Shown here: piece by piece, positions 1-9,548 of the stretch
Numbering within the stretch: position 1 is the first letter of the stretch
How the letters are laid out: each line of letters opens with the position of its first letter
Source: a virus
Taxonomy: Duplodnaviria > Caudoviricetes
DNA length: 64,000 nt
Reading direction: 5' to 3' (one strand)
Virus record (IMG/VR): IMGVR_UViG_3300042291_001013
Program-made: the position numbers and the translations under genes
The notes under the pieces: generated by a model
Databases searched by the model: none
Told to the model about the DNA's origin: nothing
What the model saw: only the letters and a program-made list of their open reading frames with translations

Positions 1-404
1 GTGAGTTCATCTCGATTGTTCATGTCGGTCCACAATGTGCCACCAATAAAAGTCACGCCATTAATTACTTTGATTTCACGTTCCAGAATATACAAGTTAC
101 TCAAGTGTGCCAGTTTACGACGCACTTCACCTAACTCTGTAGCAAAATCACTGTGATAGTATTCATGGTTGCCCATGATGTAGATCACGTGGGGAAAGTT
201 TGCGGCGCAACGCTCAAAGAAATCATGAAACATTTCCGAACGCCACCGAGCAAAGCCCATGTCAGTTTGTCTACGATCGCGCATGTCTAAGTCAGCGGCC
301 ACACAGATATCGCCGCTGAGAATTAGTACTTCGGCATTGTCAGTGTTAACAATGTCCAAGTCTCCAAACTCAAGATGGATATCAGATGCTACTGCTATTT
401 TCAT
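1..404 (-). CDS. Calcineurin-like metallophosphoesterase (3' end outside window)
   Basis: Manual translation from ATG 404: MKIAVASDIHLEF...LILSGDIC...IMGNHEYY (DxH, GD, GNHE motifs); absent from the ORF track because it is truncated. Confidence 0.85.
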   Translation of the reverse strand, partial: MKIAVASDIHLEFGDLDIVNTDNAEVLILSGDICVAADLDMRDRRQTDMGFARWRSEMFHDFFERCAANFPHVIYIMGNHEYYHSDFATELGEVRRKLAHLSNLYILEREIKVINGVTFIGGTLWTDMNNRDEL

Positions 405-768
405 TTTTAATCTCTTGAAGTTGTTTTTTCAATACTTGCAATGCTGTGTTATCACCGTTATACAACGAAGCTGACTTGCCTGGATATCGTGTTTTGAATT
501 TTTCAATGATCTCATCAAGGTCAGCGCCCTGACACACAAAGTCCATGGTAAAGCTATGGTAACAAAGGTACTGATCTTGGTATTGCTCAATGGTAAGTGG
601 GATAAGACGATTTTGTGCCAATTCTTCAACCACTTCATTTAGCTCTTGACTGACATGGGCTTCAATTCGGCGTGACAACCACAGTACCAACAAGTTAAAG
701 GCTACGATTACCAGGGCCGCTACCAGGAGCATTTCGCCCACAAACATTAAAAGTTCAGACATTTCCAT
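382..768 (-). CDS. Hypothetical membrane-anchored protein
   Basis: ORF track; N-terminal hydrophobic helix; TAAATA 4 nt upstream of ATG. Confidence 0.7.
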   Translation of the reverse strand: MEMSELLMFVGEMLLVAALVIVAFNLLVLWLSRRIEAHVSQELNEVVEELAQNRLIPLTIEQYQDQYLCYHSFTMDFVCQGADLDEIIEKFKTRYPGKSASLYNGDNTALQVLKKQLQEIKNENSSSI

Positions 769-781
769 AGTATATTTACTT

Positions 782-1081
782 TCAGCCTCGCATGGATTCT
801 AGTGTGATCAGTTTGCCTAACTCAGCATTGAAGTCATGATCATCGGGCACAACATAGATCTTGTTGTCATGGCGGTCAGTCTTGTGATCGTATCGCCTAA
901 ATGAAACAATTTTTCCACCATTGGCAGTGGTTATTGACAAGCTGAGATTCTCATGCCAGTCATGCTCGCGAGCAATTGATCTACTGGCCTTGGTCATTGG
1001 CATTACCTCATTGGTAGCATTGCCTGCCTCTTCCCAGTCTTCGCGAACCCACTTAACTACTATGCGTTTCAACCACTTCAT
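782..1081 (-). CDS. Hypothetical protein (start revised to MKWLKR)
   Basis: ATGA overlap with the upstream gene at 1078-1081. Confidence 0.7.
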   Translation of the reverse strand: MKWLKRIVVKWVREDWEEAGNATNEVMPMTKASRSIAREHDWHENLSLSITTANGGKIVSFRRYDHKTDRHDNKIYVVPDDHDFNAELGKLITLESMRG

Positions 1082-1530
1082 GCTGTTTTCCTTTGCTTCA
1101 AATATTGTTCCCACTGCACCCACTGATTCCGAACCAGGAAACCCCAATCACGTTGTTTAGGGCCGGGACAGAACAAGGTCCAACAGTCCACGCCTGGATC
1201 AAGTTCCACTCTGTGGTACTGATTGGCTCGTGCCCAACGAAAACTGCCAGCCCCACACCACTTGGCAAGTTCGCCAATCTTGCGCCCTTGTGCATCAAAC
1301 TGCGGTCGCCATTCCCAGTAGCCACCTTTCAAGATCACAGTAAAGAAAGGCCAAGGATGATCATGTACATCATCCGGATCACTCTTGAGAAACTTGTGTA
1401 CAAAGATGTTGAACGGGAATCGTTTCCTATCCTTGAGAAACACATAGTAGCGTTCCAAGTAAGGCTCACCATTCACACGGTCCATGATTATGCGATATCG
1501 ACCCAATCGCTGAAAGAGTTTTTTAAGCAT
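1078..1530 (-). CDS. Cupin-fold protein
   Basis: HKFLKSD-PDDVHDHPWPFFTVILKGGYWE and YHRVEL cupin-like metal motifs. Confidence 0.65.
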   Translation of the reverse strand: MLKKLFQRLGRYRIIMDRVNGEPYLERYYVFLKDRKRFPFNIFVHKFLKSDPDDVHDHPWPFFTVILKGGYWEWRPQFDAQGRKIGELAKWCGAGSFRWARANQYHRVELDPGVDCWTLFCPGPKQRDWGFLVRNQWVQWEQYLKQRKTA

Positions 1531-1536
1531 ACAGTT

Positions 1537-1565
1537 ATTATACAGGAAAAGTTAATAGTGGTCAA
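1537..1565 (-). promoter_or_regulatory. Sigma70 early promoter, leaderless
   Basis: TTGACC-17-TATAAT-6-ATG(1530). Confidence 0.8.
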
Positions 1566-1569
1566 ATGA

Positions 1570-1594
1570 AAAACCCGGCATTGCACCGGGTTTT
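1570..1594. terminator. Intrinsic terminator
   Basis: AAAACCCGG...CCGGGTTTT inverted repeat downstream of the 1635-1901 gene. Confidence 0.75.
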
Positions 1595-1634
1595 GTACCA
1601 CTGTGGACTGTTTGGGCAGTCCAGCGAGTTTGGG

Positions 1635-1901
1635 TTAGACCAAACCAAGTGCCATAGCTTTGTAACCGGCGGCTACAATTTTACGGCTAGGTTTGCCAAT
1701 CACATACTCAGTGACCTTGACACCGTTACCAGCTTTGCGTTGGTTTGCATAAACTGCAAAACCAGCTTGGCGAACACGGCTAACTTCAGCCGAAATGTTC
1801 TTGATGCCAAAACGCTTTTCAGCCTGGCTAGCGGTAACTGCCTCACCATTGATCATGGCATTGAACAGTTTGTAAGTTTTTGTATCTTCGTTAAAACGCA
1901 T
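1635..1901 (-). CDS. Small winged-helix-like DNA-binding protein
   Basis: Start revised to MRFNED with SD AAGGAG; TASQAEKRFGIKNISAEVSRVRQAG HTH-like; promoter TTGATT-17-TATAAT upstream. Confidence 0.55.
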   Translation of the reverse strand: MRFNEDTKTYKLFNAMINGEAVTASQAEKRFGIKNISAEVSRVRQAGFAVYANQRKAGNGVKVTEYVIGKPSRKIVAAGYKAMALGLV

Positions 1902-2110
1902 GTTAAATCTCCTTAAAAAGATGCCGTTGCGTACACAGCATTTAGCTATTATATGAGATCTGTGCGACAAAATCAAGCAGTTTGGCAAAGTACTTTTTCA
2001 ATACAACTATATTTGGCCAGGCTCGCCAAAACGTGTCAACGACTGCATGGTCTGTGGCGTTATATATGTGTAGCAGGAAGGTTCTTGCTACAGTTTCAAC
2101 CTTAACCTAA

Positions 2111-2356
2111 ATGGAGAAAACTATGAAACAATTGATCACTCTCATCGCCACTACTGCTTTTGCAGTTACCGCTTTTGCTCAGGCACCTGCTGCCAAGAAA
2201 GAAGAAGCCAAACCTGCTGTTGCCGCTCCTGCCGCTCCTGCCGCTCCTGCCGCAAGTGCTCCAGCCGCACCTGCCAAGAAAGAAGAAGCTAAAAAAGCCG
2301 ACACTAAAAGTGCCGACAAAGCTGGCGATAAAAAAGCCGAAGCTCCTAAGAAGTAA
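2111..2356 (+). CDS. Secreted Ala/Lys/Pro-rich low-complexity protein (start may be 2123)
   Basis: Signal peptide ending AFA-Q; PAAKKEEAK repeated twice. Confidence 0.8.
   Translation: MEKTMKQLITLIATTAFAVTAFAQAPAAKKEEAKPAVAAPAAPAAPAASAPAAPAKKEEAKKADTKSADKAGDKKAEAPKK
2222..2253 (+). repeat. 9-bp tandem repeat (GCCGCTCCT)x3.5 encoding AAP
   Basis: Direct reading. Confidence 0.9.
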
Positions 2357-2658
2357 TCCATTTAGGCTTTCGTCAATTAGGTACCAAGGACTTGTTCCGT
2401 CTGAGGTTCTAATTGACGATGAAGATCTAATTTCGTCAACCCGAAGGCCAAGAGTTGTACATGATCAAATCAATGATGACGATGAACTTTCGGATTACGT
2501 AAAAGCAAGATTGCTAACAGCCCGGATACTGGCTATGAAAAAGTATCATGAGATTTGGGGCTGATGCCCCAAATTTCATTTTGTACGCACAATTGATAAA
2601 TACCAAGAACAGAACAATTCTGTCACTGTTCGGATCAAAAACATACAAGAGCGTAGAT

Positions 2659-3090
2659 ATGTTACACACCATCACAACCATTACTGAAGATTTAGAAACA
2701 CTGATCCTGGACGATCCTGTACGTCCCGAGATTCCTGTGAGTCAACGTGTTAATTCCAACTCAAGAATTTACATGCTCAAAGATGGAGACAAAACGTGTG
2801 CAGTCACCTGTGTAAAGTTTTTGGAAAGCATTCCAGCCGCAGTAGACGACATGGTTGGTTTGGTTGGGAGTGCCACAACTGCGGTATTTTACACCATTTG
2901 GAGTTACACCGCAGGTGCTGGACGAGATTTGATTGTTAAAGCTCAAGAATCAATCAAACAAGAGTTTCCTGGCATCCAAACCTATGTGACCTTGAGTCCC
3001 AAGACCGAGATGGCCAGAAAGTTCCATCTAAAAAATGGTGCCGGTATCTACCGCGAAAATTCCACCACTATAAATTACATCTATAAGTAA
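2659..3090 (+). CDS. GNAT-fold protein resembling the malonyl-CoA decarboxylase catalytic core
   Basis: TAVFYTIWSY..GAGRDLI...EFP.IQTYVTLSP matches the MCD-type AxFYSI...GxxLI...TLSP pattern. Confidence 0.45.
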   Translation: MLHTITTITEDLETLILDDPVRPEIPVSQRVNSNSRIYMLKDGDKTCAVTCVKFLESIPAAVDDMVGLVGSATTAVFYTIWSYTAGAGRDLIVKAQESIKQEFPGIQTYVTLSPKTEMARKFHLKNGAGIYRENSTTINYIYK

Positions 3091-3160
3091 TAGGCTCGTG
3101 TAGCAATCTTGTCCTGCAAGGGGCGGGACTTGATAACACACACATACACAGGAGAAAAAC

Positions 3161-3382
3161 ATGAGCAAAACACCTTACGAGATCCGTCTCGAACTTCTCA
3201 AACTGGCCAACGAAATCTTGTTGACACCAGTCTACCAAAAACGATCAGCATTAGAAATGGAATGGAGTCACAAGCGAGAGCATGATTCTACTGTTCCTTT
3301 TCCGACCATGCCAGAGTTTCCTGGTACCGCTGACGTAATAGTCAAGGCCGAAGAACTCAAAAAGTTTGTAGACCAGGCGTAA
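3161..3382 (+). CDS. Hypothetical protein
   Basis: SD AGGAG; TATAAGTA at 3082-3089; 5' hairpin 3111-3129. Confidence 0.8.
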   Translation: MSKTPYEIRLELLKLANEILLTPVYQKRSALEMEWSHKREHDSTVPFPTMPEFPGTADVIVKAEELKKFVDQA

Positions 3383-3388
3383 AAGATG

Positions 3389-3408
3389 AAAGCCCCGCAA
3401 GGGGCTTT
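3389..3408. terminator. Bidirectional terminator AAAGCCCC-GCAA-GGGGCTTT
   Basis: Between convergent genes; identical hairpin at 13841-13866. Confidence 0.9.
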
Positions 3409-3425
3409 CTTGTGAGTGGTACAGG

Positions 3426-3758
3426 TTACTTGTGCCAATGTCCTTCAAAACAGTGCCGCATTTCGTGCCCCAATACACTTAAAGTGGTATTGCGTCCGGT
3501 ATAGACTCTACAGCTGGTGGCGTTGAATTGAGTGCAACCCACATATCTGCGGCCTTCCATAAGCGGACTCATACCACGACAAGCCGCATCAATGTCATCT
3601 ACCACAATCCATTCCACTCGTTTGATTGGGTATGTGGACTGAGCTGTGAACTCCAAATCATATTTGCCGCTTGGGGGCATGGGTTGAGCGCCAGCGCAAC
3701 CAATCAAGCTGACCAGCATTGCAACAGATAAAAATTTAACCACGTACCGATTTGACAT
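3426..3758 (-). CDS. Putative lipoprotein with HExxH Zn-peptidase-like motif
   Basis: Lipobox LIGC; LGHEMRHCF. Confidence 0.5.
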   Translation of the reverse strand: MSNRYVVKFLSVAMLVSLIGCAGAQPMPPSGKYDLEFTAQSTYPIKRVEWIVVDDIDAACRGMSPLMEGRRYVGCTQFNATSCRVYTGRNTTLSVLGHEMRHCFEGHWHK

Positions 3759-4086
3759 GTTTGCAATCTCCTCTAAATTTGAATCCTGAACAGGTGCATG
3801 CCCAGTTGCCGTTGAGTTCTGTCACTTGGTAAACGTCGCCTTTGCTACCATGCACTTGGGTCACACGGCCTTCGGGCTCTTCCTCTTGCAGTTTGGTCTT
3901 GAACTGCACAGAGTTAACTGCAAACTTGCGCCCACGCAGATCAATGCGAATTGGGTTTTTGAATATCTTGATGGTGGTATCACGTGGACTGCGGTAAGCA
4001 TACATCTTGGTCTTGGAGTCGTTCAGCAAGTAGATGCCGTTGGGAGTGTGGTCTTTCCAATCAGTTGTTTCAGCAAACCATTTCAT
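3736..4086 (-). CDS. SWIM zinc-finger protein
   Basis: CTCSGFKFRGDCKHV (CxC-x7-CxH). Confidence 0.75.
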   Translation of the reverse strand: MKWFAETTDWKDHTPNGIYLLNDSKTKMYAYRSPRDTTIKIFKNPIRIDLRGRKFAVNSVQFKTKLQEEEPEGRVTQVHGSKGDVYQVTELNGNWACTCSGFKFRGDCKHVKSVRG

Positions 4087-4283
4087 TTGGGCATGCTTTC
4101 TATCAAGGTTTTCATAATAACTTGCATGCGAACCAGACCTTGTTCAGGTGTTTCTTGTGGCACACACGCGGCCACAACCTTTTGTTGTTGAAACTTTAGT
4201 GCCGCGGCCTCACAAGCCTGGGCAGTGGAATATTGCCCTACATTTTGTGTGCCAGTGGCCAAGATCAAAATCACAGTCCACAT
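4083..4283 (-). CDS. Small secreted/membrane hypothetical protein
   Basis: ORF track, ATG at 4283. Confidence 0.6.
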   Translation of the reverse strand: MWTVILILATGTQNVGQYSTAQACEAAALKFQQQKVVAACVPQETPEQGLVRMQVIMKTLIESMPK

Positions 4284-4285
4284 AA

Positions 4286-4408
4286 TCAAGTCCTCTTTTG
4301 CATGATACCGGCCAACACTTGCCGGGCTTGGGTAAAATCAGTGATGGGCAGTTCCATGGGAACCCAACCTGTGTAGGGCTGAGTCCAACGAATGGTGTAA
4401 AGAGTCAT
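4286..4408 (-). CDS. 40-aa hypothetical protein (MTLYTIRWTQP...)
   Basis: Manual translation; fills the gap in a tightly packed operon; SD AAGGA. Confidence 0.6.
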   Translation of the reverse strand: MTLYTIRWTQPYTGWVPMELPITDFTQARQVLAGIMQKRT

Positions 4409-4420
4409 TATTTTGATTCC

Positions 4421-4504
4421 TTAAATTTTAGTAAGAATCCAAACCTTGACAGCAAAGATCACTGCCACCACTGCCACCGTTACAAGAATTTCCAAGTCTG
4501 TCAT
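4421..4504 (-). CDS. 27-aa single-TM peptide
   Basis: MTDLEILVTVAVVAVIFAVKVWILTKI. Confidence 0.55.
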   Translation of the reverse strand: MTDLEILVTVAVVAVIFAVKVWILTKI

Positions 4505-4505
4505 T

Positions 4506-4649
4506 TTAGATTCCGGTATGAAAAGGATTGCGTCTACGCAGATGGGCCAGTGCGGCTTCTTTTGAATCAAAGCGACCACTGATGGGCGTCTGATGTGCGC
4601 CACGCACAATGTACCATCCGCCCAGTAAACCGTTGTAGATAACTTTCAT
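4506..4649 (-). CDS. 47-aa hypothetical protein (MKVIYNGLLGGWYIV...)
   Basis: Manual translation; SD AAGGAG. Confidence 0.65.
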   Translation of the reverse strand: MKVIYNGLLGGWYIVRGAHQTPISGRFDSKEAALAHLRRRNPFHTGI

Positions 4650-4658
4650 ATCAACTCC

Positions 4659-4985
4659 TTAGTCTGCTCTTGAACTCATGTATGCAGTGATGCCATGCGC
4701 CTTGAGAACATCAGCGTAGGCCTGGGCACCTGCTTCTTTGATGTCCATGCTTTGCGTAAATGAGCCGCCGGGGTTCCAAAGTTGAAGTCCGCCACCATAA
4801 GCAGGCTTGAAGCCCACAGTTTTCAGCGCACGGCCCAGTTTGGTTGACGCCTTTTCGCTCACATGCACCCAGGCAAAACCACAGTAGCCGGGCTCGCCGT
4901 GCCGGGCACGAAAGTCTGCTTCGGCTTTTTGGGCCGCCGCTGTAGCGGTGTTGTGTACAGATTCAATATTTTCTAGTGCAAGCAT
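4659..4985 (-). CDS. Hypothetical early protein
   Basis: SD AGGAG; directly behind an early promoter cassette. Confidence 0.8.
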   Translation of the reverse strand: MLALENIESVHNTATAAAQKAEADFRARHGEPGYCGFAWVHVSEKASTKLGRALKTVGFKPAYGGGLQLWNPGGSFTQSMDIKEAGAQAYADVLKAHGITAYMSSRAD

Positions 4986-5014
4986 TTTGGCTCCTGTTGC
5001 GTTAATATGTGTAT

Positions 5015-5043
5015 ATTATAACAAATTGGGAATATTTGGTCAA
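5015..5043 (-). promoter_or_regulatory. Repeated sigma70 early promoter (copy 1)
   Basis: TTGACC-AAATATTCCCAATTTGT-TATAAT. Confidence 0.9.
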
Positions 5044-5141
5044 CCACGCAACCGTTTCATCAACAACTGATTCAGGGTTGGTTTGAGTCCCAACTTCTTG
5101 CGCAAGAGTTCACCCAGAGTTGGCTTTTTTTGTTTTGGCAT
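5040..5141 (-). CDS. 33-aa basic peptide (MPKQKKPTLGELLRKKLG...)
   Basis: Manual translation; own promoter and SD AAGGA; stop TGA lies inside the next -35 box. Confidence 0.6.
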   Translation of the reverse strand: MPKQKKPTLGELLRKKLGLKPTLNQLLMKRLRG

Positions 5142-5171
5142 CTTTGTTTCCTTTTTTGTTTTCATACTCGT

Positions 5172-5200
5172 ATTATAGCAAATTGGGAATATTTGGTCAA
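5172..5200 (-). promoter_or_regulatory. Repeated sigma70 early promoter (copy 2)
   Basis: TTGACC-AAATATTCCCAATTTGC-TATAAT. Confidence 0.9.
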
Positions 5201-5204
5201 CCAG

Positions 5205-5456
5205 TTAAAACCGCAATTTTGCAAAGAAAATCCACTGTTCGTAGTTCTTGATCTGCTCCTGCAAGCGGGTTTCAATTTCTGTGTACTTTTGTGTTACACA
5301 TTTACGCCTGCGACATTCTACACTTTCTCGGCTGAGCTCTTCGCAGATTCTCCGACAATTTTGGTACATTTTGTCCAGGTCCTTGCGAGCTTGTCGCAGG
5401 TGACTTTTGAGTGCGGCTTCTGTCCGCAATTCTTCTAGCCGTTTTGCATAATCCAT
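5205..5456 (-). CDS. Hypothetical helical protein
   Basis: ORF track. Confidence 0.65.
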   Translation of the reverse strand: MDYAKRLEELRTEAALKSHLRQARKDLDKMYQNCRRICEELSRESVECRRRKCVTQKYTEIETRLQEQIKNYEQWIFFAKLRF

Positions 5457-5581
5457 GTCACTATTGTAGCATCTTGGGATTTATTGGCCAACCTAGTGGT
5501 TTGTCACTAAACTCAGTGAAAACCATGGGTTTTGTTGAAGTGCAACAGCGACTCATGGTAAATACTGATGAGGAGAAAACC

Positions 5582-5749
5582 ATGTCTGAACTGATGACAA
5601 AATTATTAGAACGCTTGGCCGAGATGTTTCCAGGTGAGAGATACCAATCTCGATTGGATGCATACATTACTAGCAGACGTCCATGTGACGTATTTGATGT
5701 TGAACGATTTGAACAAGAGTTCAACAAGGAATTCAAGGGGTGGATATGA
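5582..5749 (+). CDS. DUF3563-like small protein
   Basis: SD GAGGAG; RLDAYITSRRPCDVFDVERFEQEF resembles the betaproteobacterial DUF3563 pattern. Confidence 0.5.
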   Translation: MSELMTKLLERLAEMFPGERYQSRLDAYITSRRPCDVFDVERFEQEFNKEFKGWI

Positions 5750-5832
5750 AACAAGTATGGAATGCCCTAATAGCCTGGGCTGAGACAATGGCCAAGTATC
5801 GCAAGGCCACTCGATATCACGGATACTACTGA
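5746..5832 (+). CDS. 28-aa peptide MKQVWNALIAWAETMAKYRKATRYHGYY
   Basis: ATGA coupling to the upstream gene. Confidence 0.55.
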   Translation: MKQVWNALIAWAETMAKYRKATRYHGYY

Positions 5833-6074
5833 GGTTCTAGTAACCATCCCTGTCCTGACACTTGATGATACCATCGATAAAAAGGTTCAGAGATAGTTAA
5901 CTTGCCATCAATAGTTAGGTACTGATACTTGGGCAATATTTCAATGCTGTCAACGGTTACTGCATCGTTGACGTTGAATACCAAATGGTCATGCAGACCA
6001 CAAGTGGCAACTGTGTTATTAATTGAAACAGTCAAGTGCTGTTCAGTATCCAGCAGATCTAAAAAGTTCTTCAT
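5826..6074 (-). CDS. Hypothetical protein downstream of radical SAM
   Basis: ORF track. Confidence 0.65.
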   Translation of the reverse strand: MKNFLDLLDTEQHLTVSINNTVATCGLHDHLVFNVNDAVTVDSIEILPKYQYLTIDGKLTISEPFYRWYHQVSGQGWLLEPQ

Positions 6075-7308
6075 ATTCTGGTAGACAGGTTACAATACTG
6101 TTGCCGCGCCTGGATTCAAGTTGTTTCACAAACTTTACTAAATCTGGCAAGCGACTACTTTCATCTGGTGCATTTTTTAAATAGTTTACATAACTTTGTA
6201 AATCTTGCACTATTTGGTTGTGTGCTTGATTTGGATCACGGATGTTTAACACCACACTACCTCCAGCATCTCGATCAGCAATCCATTGCTCAAACTGAGA
6301 AATCACTTGCGCCCTGAATTCTAAGGGCAGTACTGAAGGTCTCATGAATTCTGGACGGTCTAAAAAGTTACAACTCTCAACAGCAATGCCATGATCGTAA
6401 GCATAGTCGTACACACTTAACAAATGTCTAACTGACAATGCTGTGGGCGTAGTACGAAATTGCATTAACCAGTTGTGTTGCTTGGATAACTTTTCCCACT
6501 TATCTAATGTTTCGTATATTCTAGGCAAAGTTGCAGGCCAACGTACATAATCATTTACGGTGGTGAATGCTTCTATACTCATTCCAAGATTAACGCCGCT
6601 AAACTTTGTTAATAGGTCAACAACTTCTTGATCCCAGGTAATAAGATTGGTAGTGAATCCAATAGTAGCTGTTTGGTGTAGTCCGGCTCGAATTAGTGAT
6701 TCAAGAATAATTTTAAATGCCGGTGTGATTAGAGTTTCGCCGCCAATGAAATGCAGATATTGTATGTGCGAGCTCTGTTCCAGAGTGTGAATAAACTTGT
6801 TTACCAACTCAGGATCATCAGTCCAGTTAGGTAACGGCAACTGATCAATAAAGCCCAATTGTTTCCATTCAGTGGCCAATCTTGAACTAGATTCCGGTTC
6901 GCAAAACACACAAGCAGAATTACAATAATTGCCAAGATCAATTTGCCAGTCCTGCGGCAACTGTGTAAACTCCGCAGACTTGAACGTTTCTACCCAGGGC
7001 GAACTCGCCAGAGTTTTTTCAAACTGTTCCAGCCTAACGCCAACTTTAAGTAACTGTTTTTGCCTACCGCTAACCTTGTTGTGCTGTTCCATCAAATGGC
7101 ATTCTCTACAGCCCGGTGGTGCTGATCCATTCAACATACCTGCTCGCACACTGCTCATGTGCTGTTGGAAAAATTCTAGTGGAGAAACATCTCGTATGTT
7201 GGACTGTGAAACAGTTTTGTCCGCCCATCTACAATATGTCATACCACCGTTGTTGGTGATACGCATATGGAGCCAAGGGCTAGAACAAAACTGATCTTTT
7301 AATGTCAT
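6043..7308 (-). CDS. Radical SAM enzyme with N-terminal SPASM/twitch-like Cys cluster
   Basis: CNSACVFC (CxxxCxxC); YLHFIGGE; N-terminal FCSSPW..YC..GCREC. Confidence 0.9.
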   Translation of the reverse strand: MTLKDQFCSSPWLHMRITNNGGMTYCRWADKTVSQSNIRDVSPLEFFQQHMSSVRAGMLNGSAPPGCRECHLMEQHNKVSGRQKQLLKVGVRLEQFEKTLASSPWVETFKSAEFTQLPQDWQIDLGNYCNSACVFCEPESSSRLATEWKQLGFIDQLPLPNWTDDPELVNKFIHTLEQSSHIQYLHFIGGETLITPAFKIILESLIRAGLHQTATIGFTTNLITWDQEVVDLLTKFSGVNLGMSIEAFTTVNDYVRWPATLPRIYETLDKWEKLSKQHNWLMQFRTTPTALSVRHLLSVYDYAYDHGIAVESCNFLDRPEFMRPSVLPLEFRAQVISQFEQWIADRDAGGSVVLNIRDPNQAHNQIVQDLQSYVNYLKNAPDESSRLPDLVKFVKQLESRRGNSIVTCLPEYEELFRSAGY

Positions 7309-7892
7309 TGTCGTGTAGTTAGGATTTTGTCAGCAAGACCATACTCAACTGCTTCGCCAGCAGTCATAAAGAAATCACGCTCCATGTCTGCTTGCAGTTG
7401 CTTGCGAGTCTTGCTGGTGTGTTCTACGTATATATCTGTCAGTACTGACTTCCAACGCAACAGTTCTCGTGCTTGGATTTCAACATCTGTTGCCTGTCCT
7501 GATGCACCGCCCAAGGGTTGGTGAATCATGTGTCGTGCGTTGGGCAGGATATAACGCTTGCCCTTGGTACCGCAGGTGGCCAACAGTGACCCCATGCTGG
7601 CAGCCTGTCCCATCACAATAGTACTAATGTCGGGCTTGATAAATCGCATGGTATCATAGATGGCCATGCCTGCTGTGACTGACCCGCCCGGTGAGTTGAT
7701 GTACAAGCTGATGTCCTTGTCAGGATTTTCACTTTCTAAAAACAACAACTGAGCCACAATTAAGCTGGCACTGTGTTGGCCAACTTCACCATCTAGCATG
7801 ATCACACGGTCTCGTAGCAGTCGGCTGTAGATATCATAACTGCGCTCGCCTTTGCTGGTGTGCTCAATAACGATGGGTACTAAATTACTCAT
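7305..7892 (-). CDS. clpP: ATP-dependent Clp protease proteolytic subunit
   Basis: [25 protein letters not shown] (Ser), MIHQP (His), ERDFF (Asp); SD AAGGAG. Confidence 0.97.
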   Translation of the reverse strand: MSNLVPIVIEHTSKGERSYDIYSRLLRDRVIMLDGEVGQHSASLIVAQLLFLESENPDKDISLYINSPGGSVTAGMAIYDTMRFIKPDISTIVMGQAASMGSLLATCGTKGKRYILPNARHMIHQPLGGASGQATDVEIQARELLRWKSVLTDIYVEHTSKTRKQLQADMERDFFMTAGEAVEYGLADKILTTRQ

Positions 7893-7943
7893 AAGGTCTC
7901 CTTGTAGATAGCATAAGTATAGCATAGATTCCTGGAAAAACCA

Positions 7944-9548
7944 ATGCGTGATTTACTCAACTTACTCGATAAAGTAGCTTTGCCCTTGATTGAAGGGGTA
8001 GGACTGTCCAATCGCAAGCCTGGCGAACGATTCAAAAACTCTGTAGAAGATATTGTTACCTTTCAAGGTTTAGAATTTTACCCACAATCAGGTGCTTACC
8101 CTGCTGATCAATTGCAGGACGCTGTGGCACAGATTGCGCAACAGATGGGCATAGGAATTGAGCAAATCCACTGGACCAATGCTGAACCACCTGGTGGTGC
8201 TGGTTTTGGTATTGCTTCGTTCACAGGCGAGGATGGTAATTCGTACTACCTGGGTCGCTACTTTAAGAATGTTAGTCCAAATCGTACACAAAACAACTTC
8301 CCACATGATGCTATTCCTGGTGACTTCAAGTACCAAAGCAAAGCAGGACAAAAGGAAAACTCTGGTCTCAAGCCCAGTGAATGGTTGACCCAATTCAAGG
8401 ACAACACTCCTGACACAATTTTACAACAGTGCATTGCCAAGTTTGGTGCAGGCAGTTCAGAAGCAACAGCATTAGATGCATTTATCAATGGAGATGTTCC
8501 GTTGCAAGTAGCCCGAGGCATGATGAATGCCGGTGCATTCCGTGACTACTTTGCTGAAGTACTACAACCCATTGCCTTGGTCATGGGCAAAAATGTATCA
8601 GGTAATGCCGCAGAAGCTGCCAGCATTTTCTTTGGCACAGGCGCAGACTATAGTGATTGCACAATCAGTTTTAATTCTAATACCATTGGTGGCCTGTACG
8701 ACAGTTTGCTGGTGAGTCCCCAAGGCAAACAGATCAAGCTGTCTAGCAAAGGCAAAGACGGTGCGTCAGCATCGGTGACCAACTTGCAGAAGAGTGTGCA
8801 AGAACTTGCCAACGTTCCTGCCGGTAAAAAGTTGCTGTCAAATTTTGCAAACGAAATTGACATACTAAACACCATTGAAAAACAAGGACACTTTGGTGCT
8901 CCACTCAAGTTGGCTGTTCAGTATGGCATGATTACCGACAAAGAAGCACAACAAGTAATGAGTCTCAAACAATACGGGCCCAATGATCAAATCATTGGCT
9001 CGGGCATTCTTAGTAAAAAATTAGAAGGCATGTATCAAGGACGTAATGCTAGAGACGCAAGTCGTATCATTCCCATTGAGCATTTGACTGCGGCCATTGC
9101 TTACAAAGTTGCTGACCATGTAAACAAAAACACCAACTTTGGCAGTGCGGCATCTCAGATTCTCAACAATGCGGCTCTGGTGCAAATGTACACTGACACC
9201 AAAGACGATGCTGAGACCATTACCATAACCAAACTCACTGCGGTATATCCCAGCCAGACAGTTACTGGTGTGTTATTGGATGCTTCAAAGGTGTACTTCT
9301 CCACAGGTGGCAAAGGCAACTACACGTTTACTATTTTGAAAAATGGTGCCACGCCACAAGATGTCAGTCCTGTAGATGGTATTGACAGTATTGAAGGAAC
9401 AGCCCCAGCCGTGCCGGCTACAAACGACCAATTGGATCAAGCTGTAGCACAGCCCAGACTGCGTGGACCTGGAGCCAAGATAGCAAAAACTGCCGCTGAA
9501 CCTAACTTTGACGAAAAAGTGCTAGGTCGTAAGAAACAAACTCGTTAA
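7944..9548 (+). CDS. Late protein, possible head-internal protein with PD-(D/E)xK-like motif
   Basis: TAAGTA at 7914-7919; LIE-G near the N-terminus; FAE helix, LYDS, KLSSK. Confidence 0.4.
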   Translation: MRDLLNLLDKVALPLIEGVGLSNRKPGERFKNSVEDIVTFQGLEFYPQSGAYPADQLQDAVAQIAQQMGIGIEQIHWTNAEPPGGAGFGIASFTGEDGNSYYLGRYFKNVSPNRTQNNFPHDAIPGDFKYQSKAGQKENSGLKPSEWLTQFKDNTPDTILQQCIAKFGAGSSEATALDAFINGDVPLQVARGMMNAGAFRDYFAEVLQPIALVMGKNVSGNAAEAASIFFGTGADYSDCTISFNSNTIGGLYDSLLVSPQGKQIKLSSKGKDGASASVTNLQKSVQELANVPAGKKLLSNFANEIDILNTIEKQGHFGAPLKLAVQYGMITDKEAQQVMSLKQYGPNDQIIGSGILSKKLEGMYQGRNARDASRIIPIEHLTAAIAYKVADHVNKNTNFGSAASQILNNAALVQMYTDTKDDAETITITKLTAVYPSQTVTGVLLDASKVYFSTGGKGNYTFTILKNGATPQDVSPVDGIDSIEGTAPAVPATNDQLDQAVAQPRLRGPGAKIAKTAAEPNFDEKVLGRKKQTR

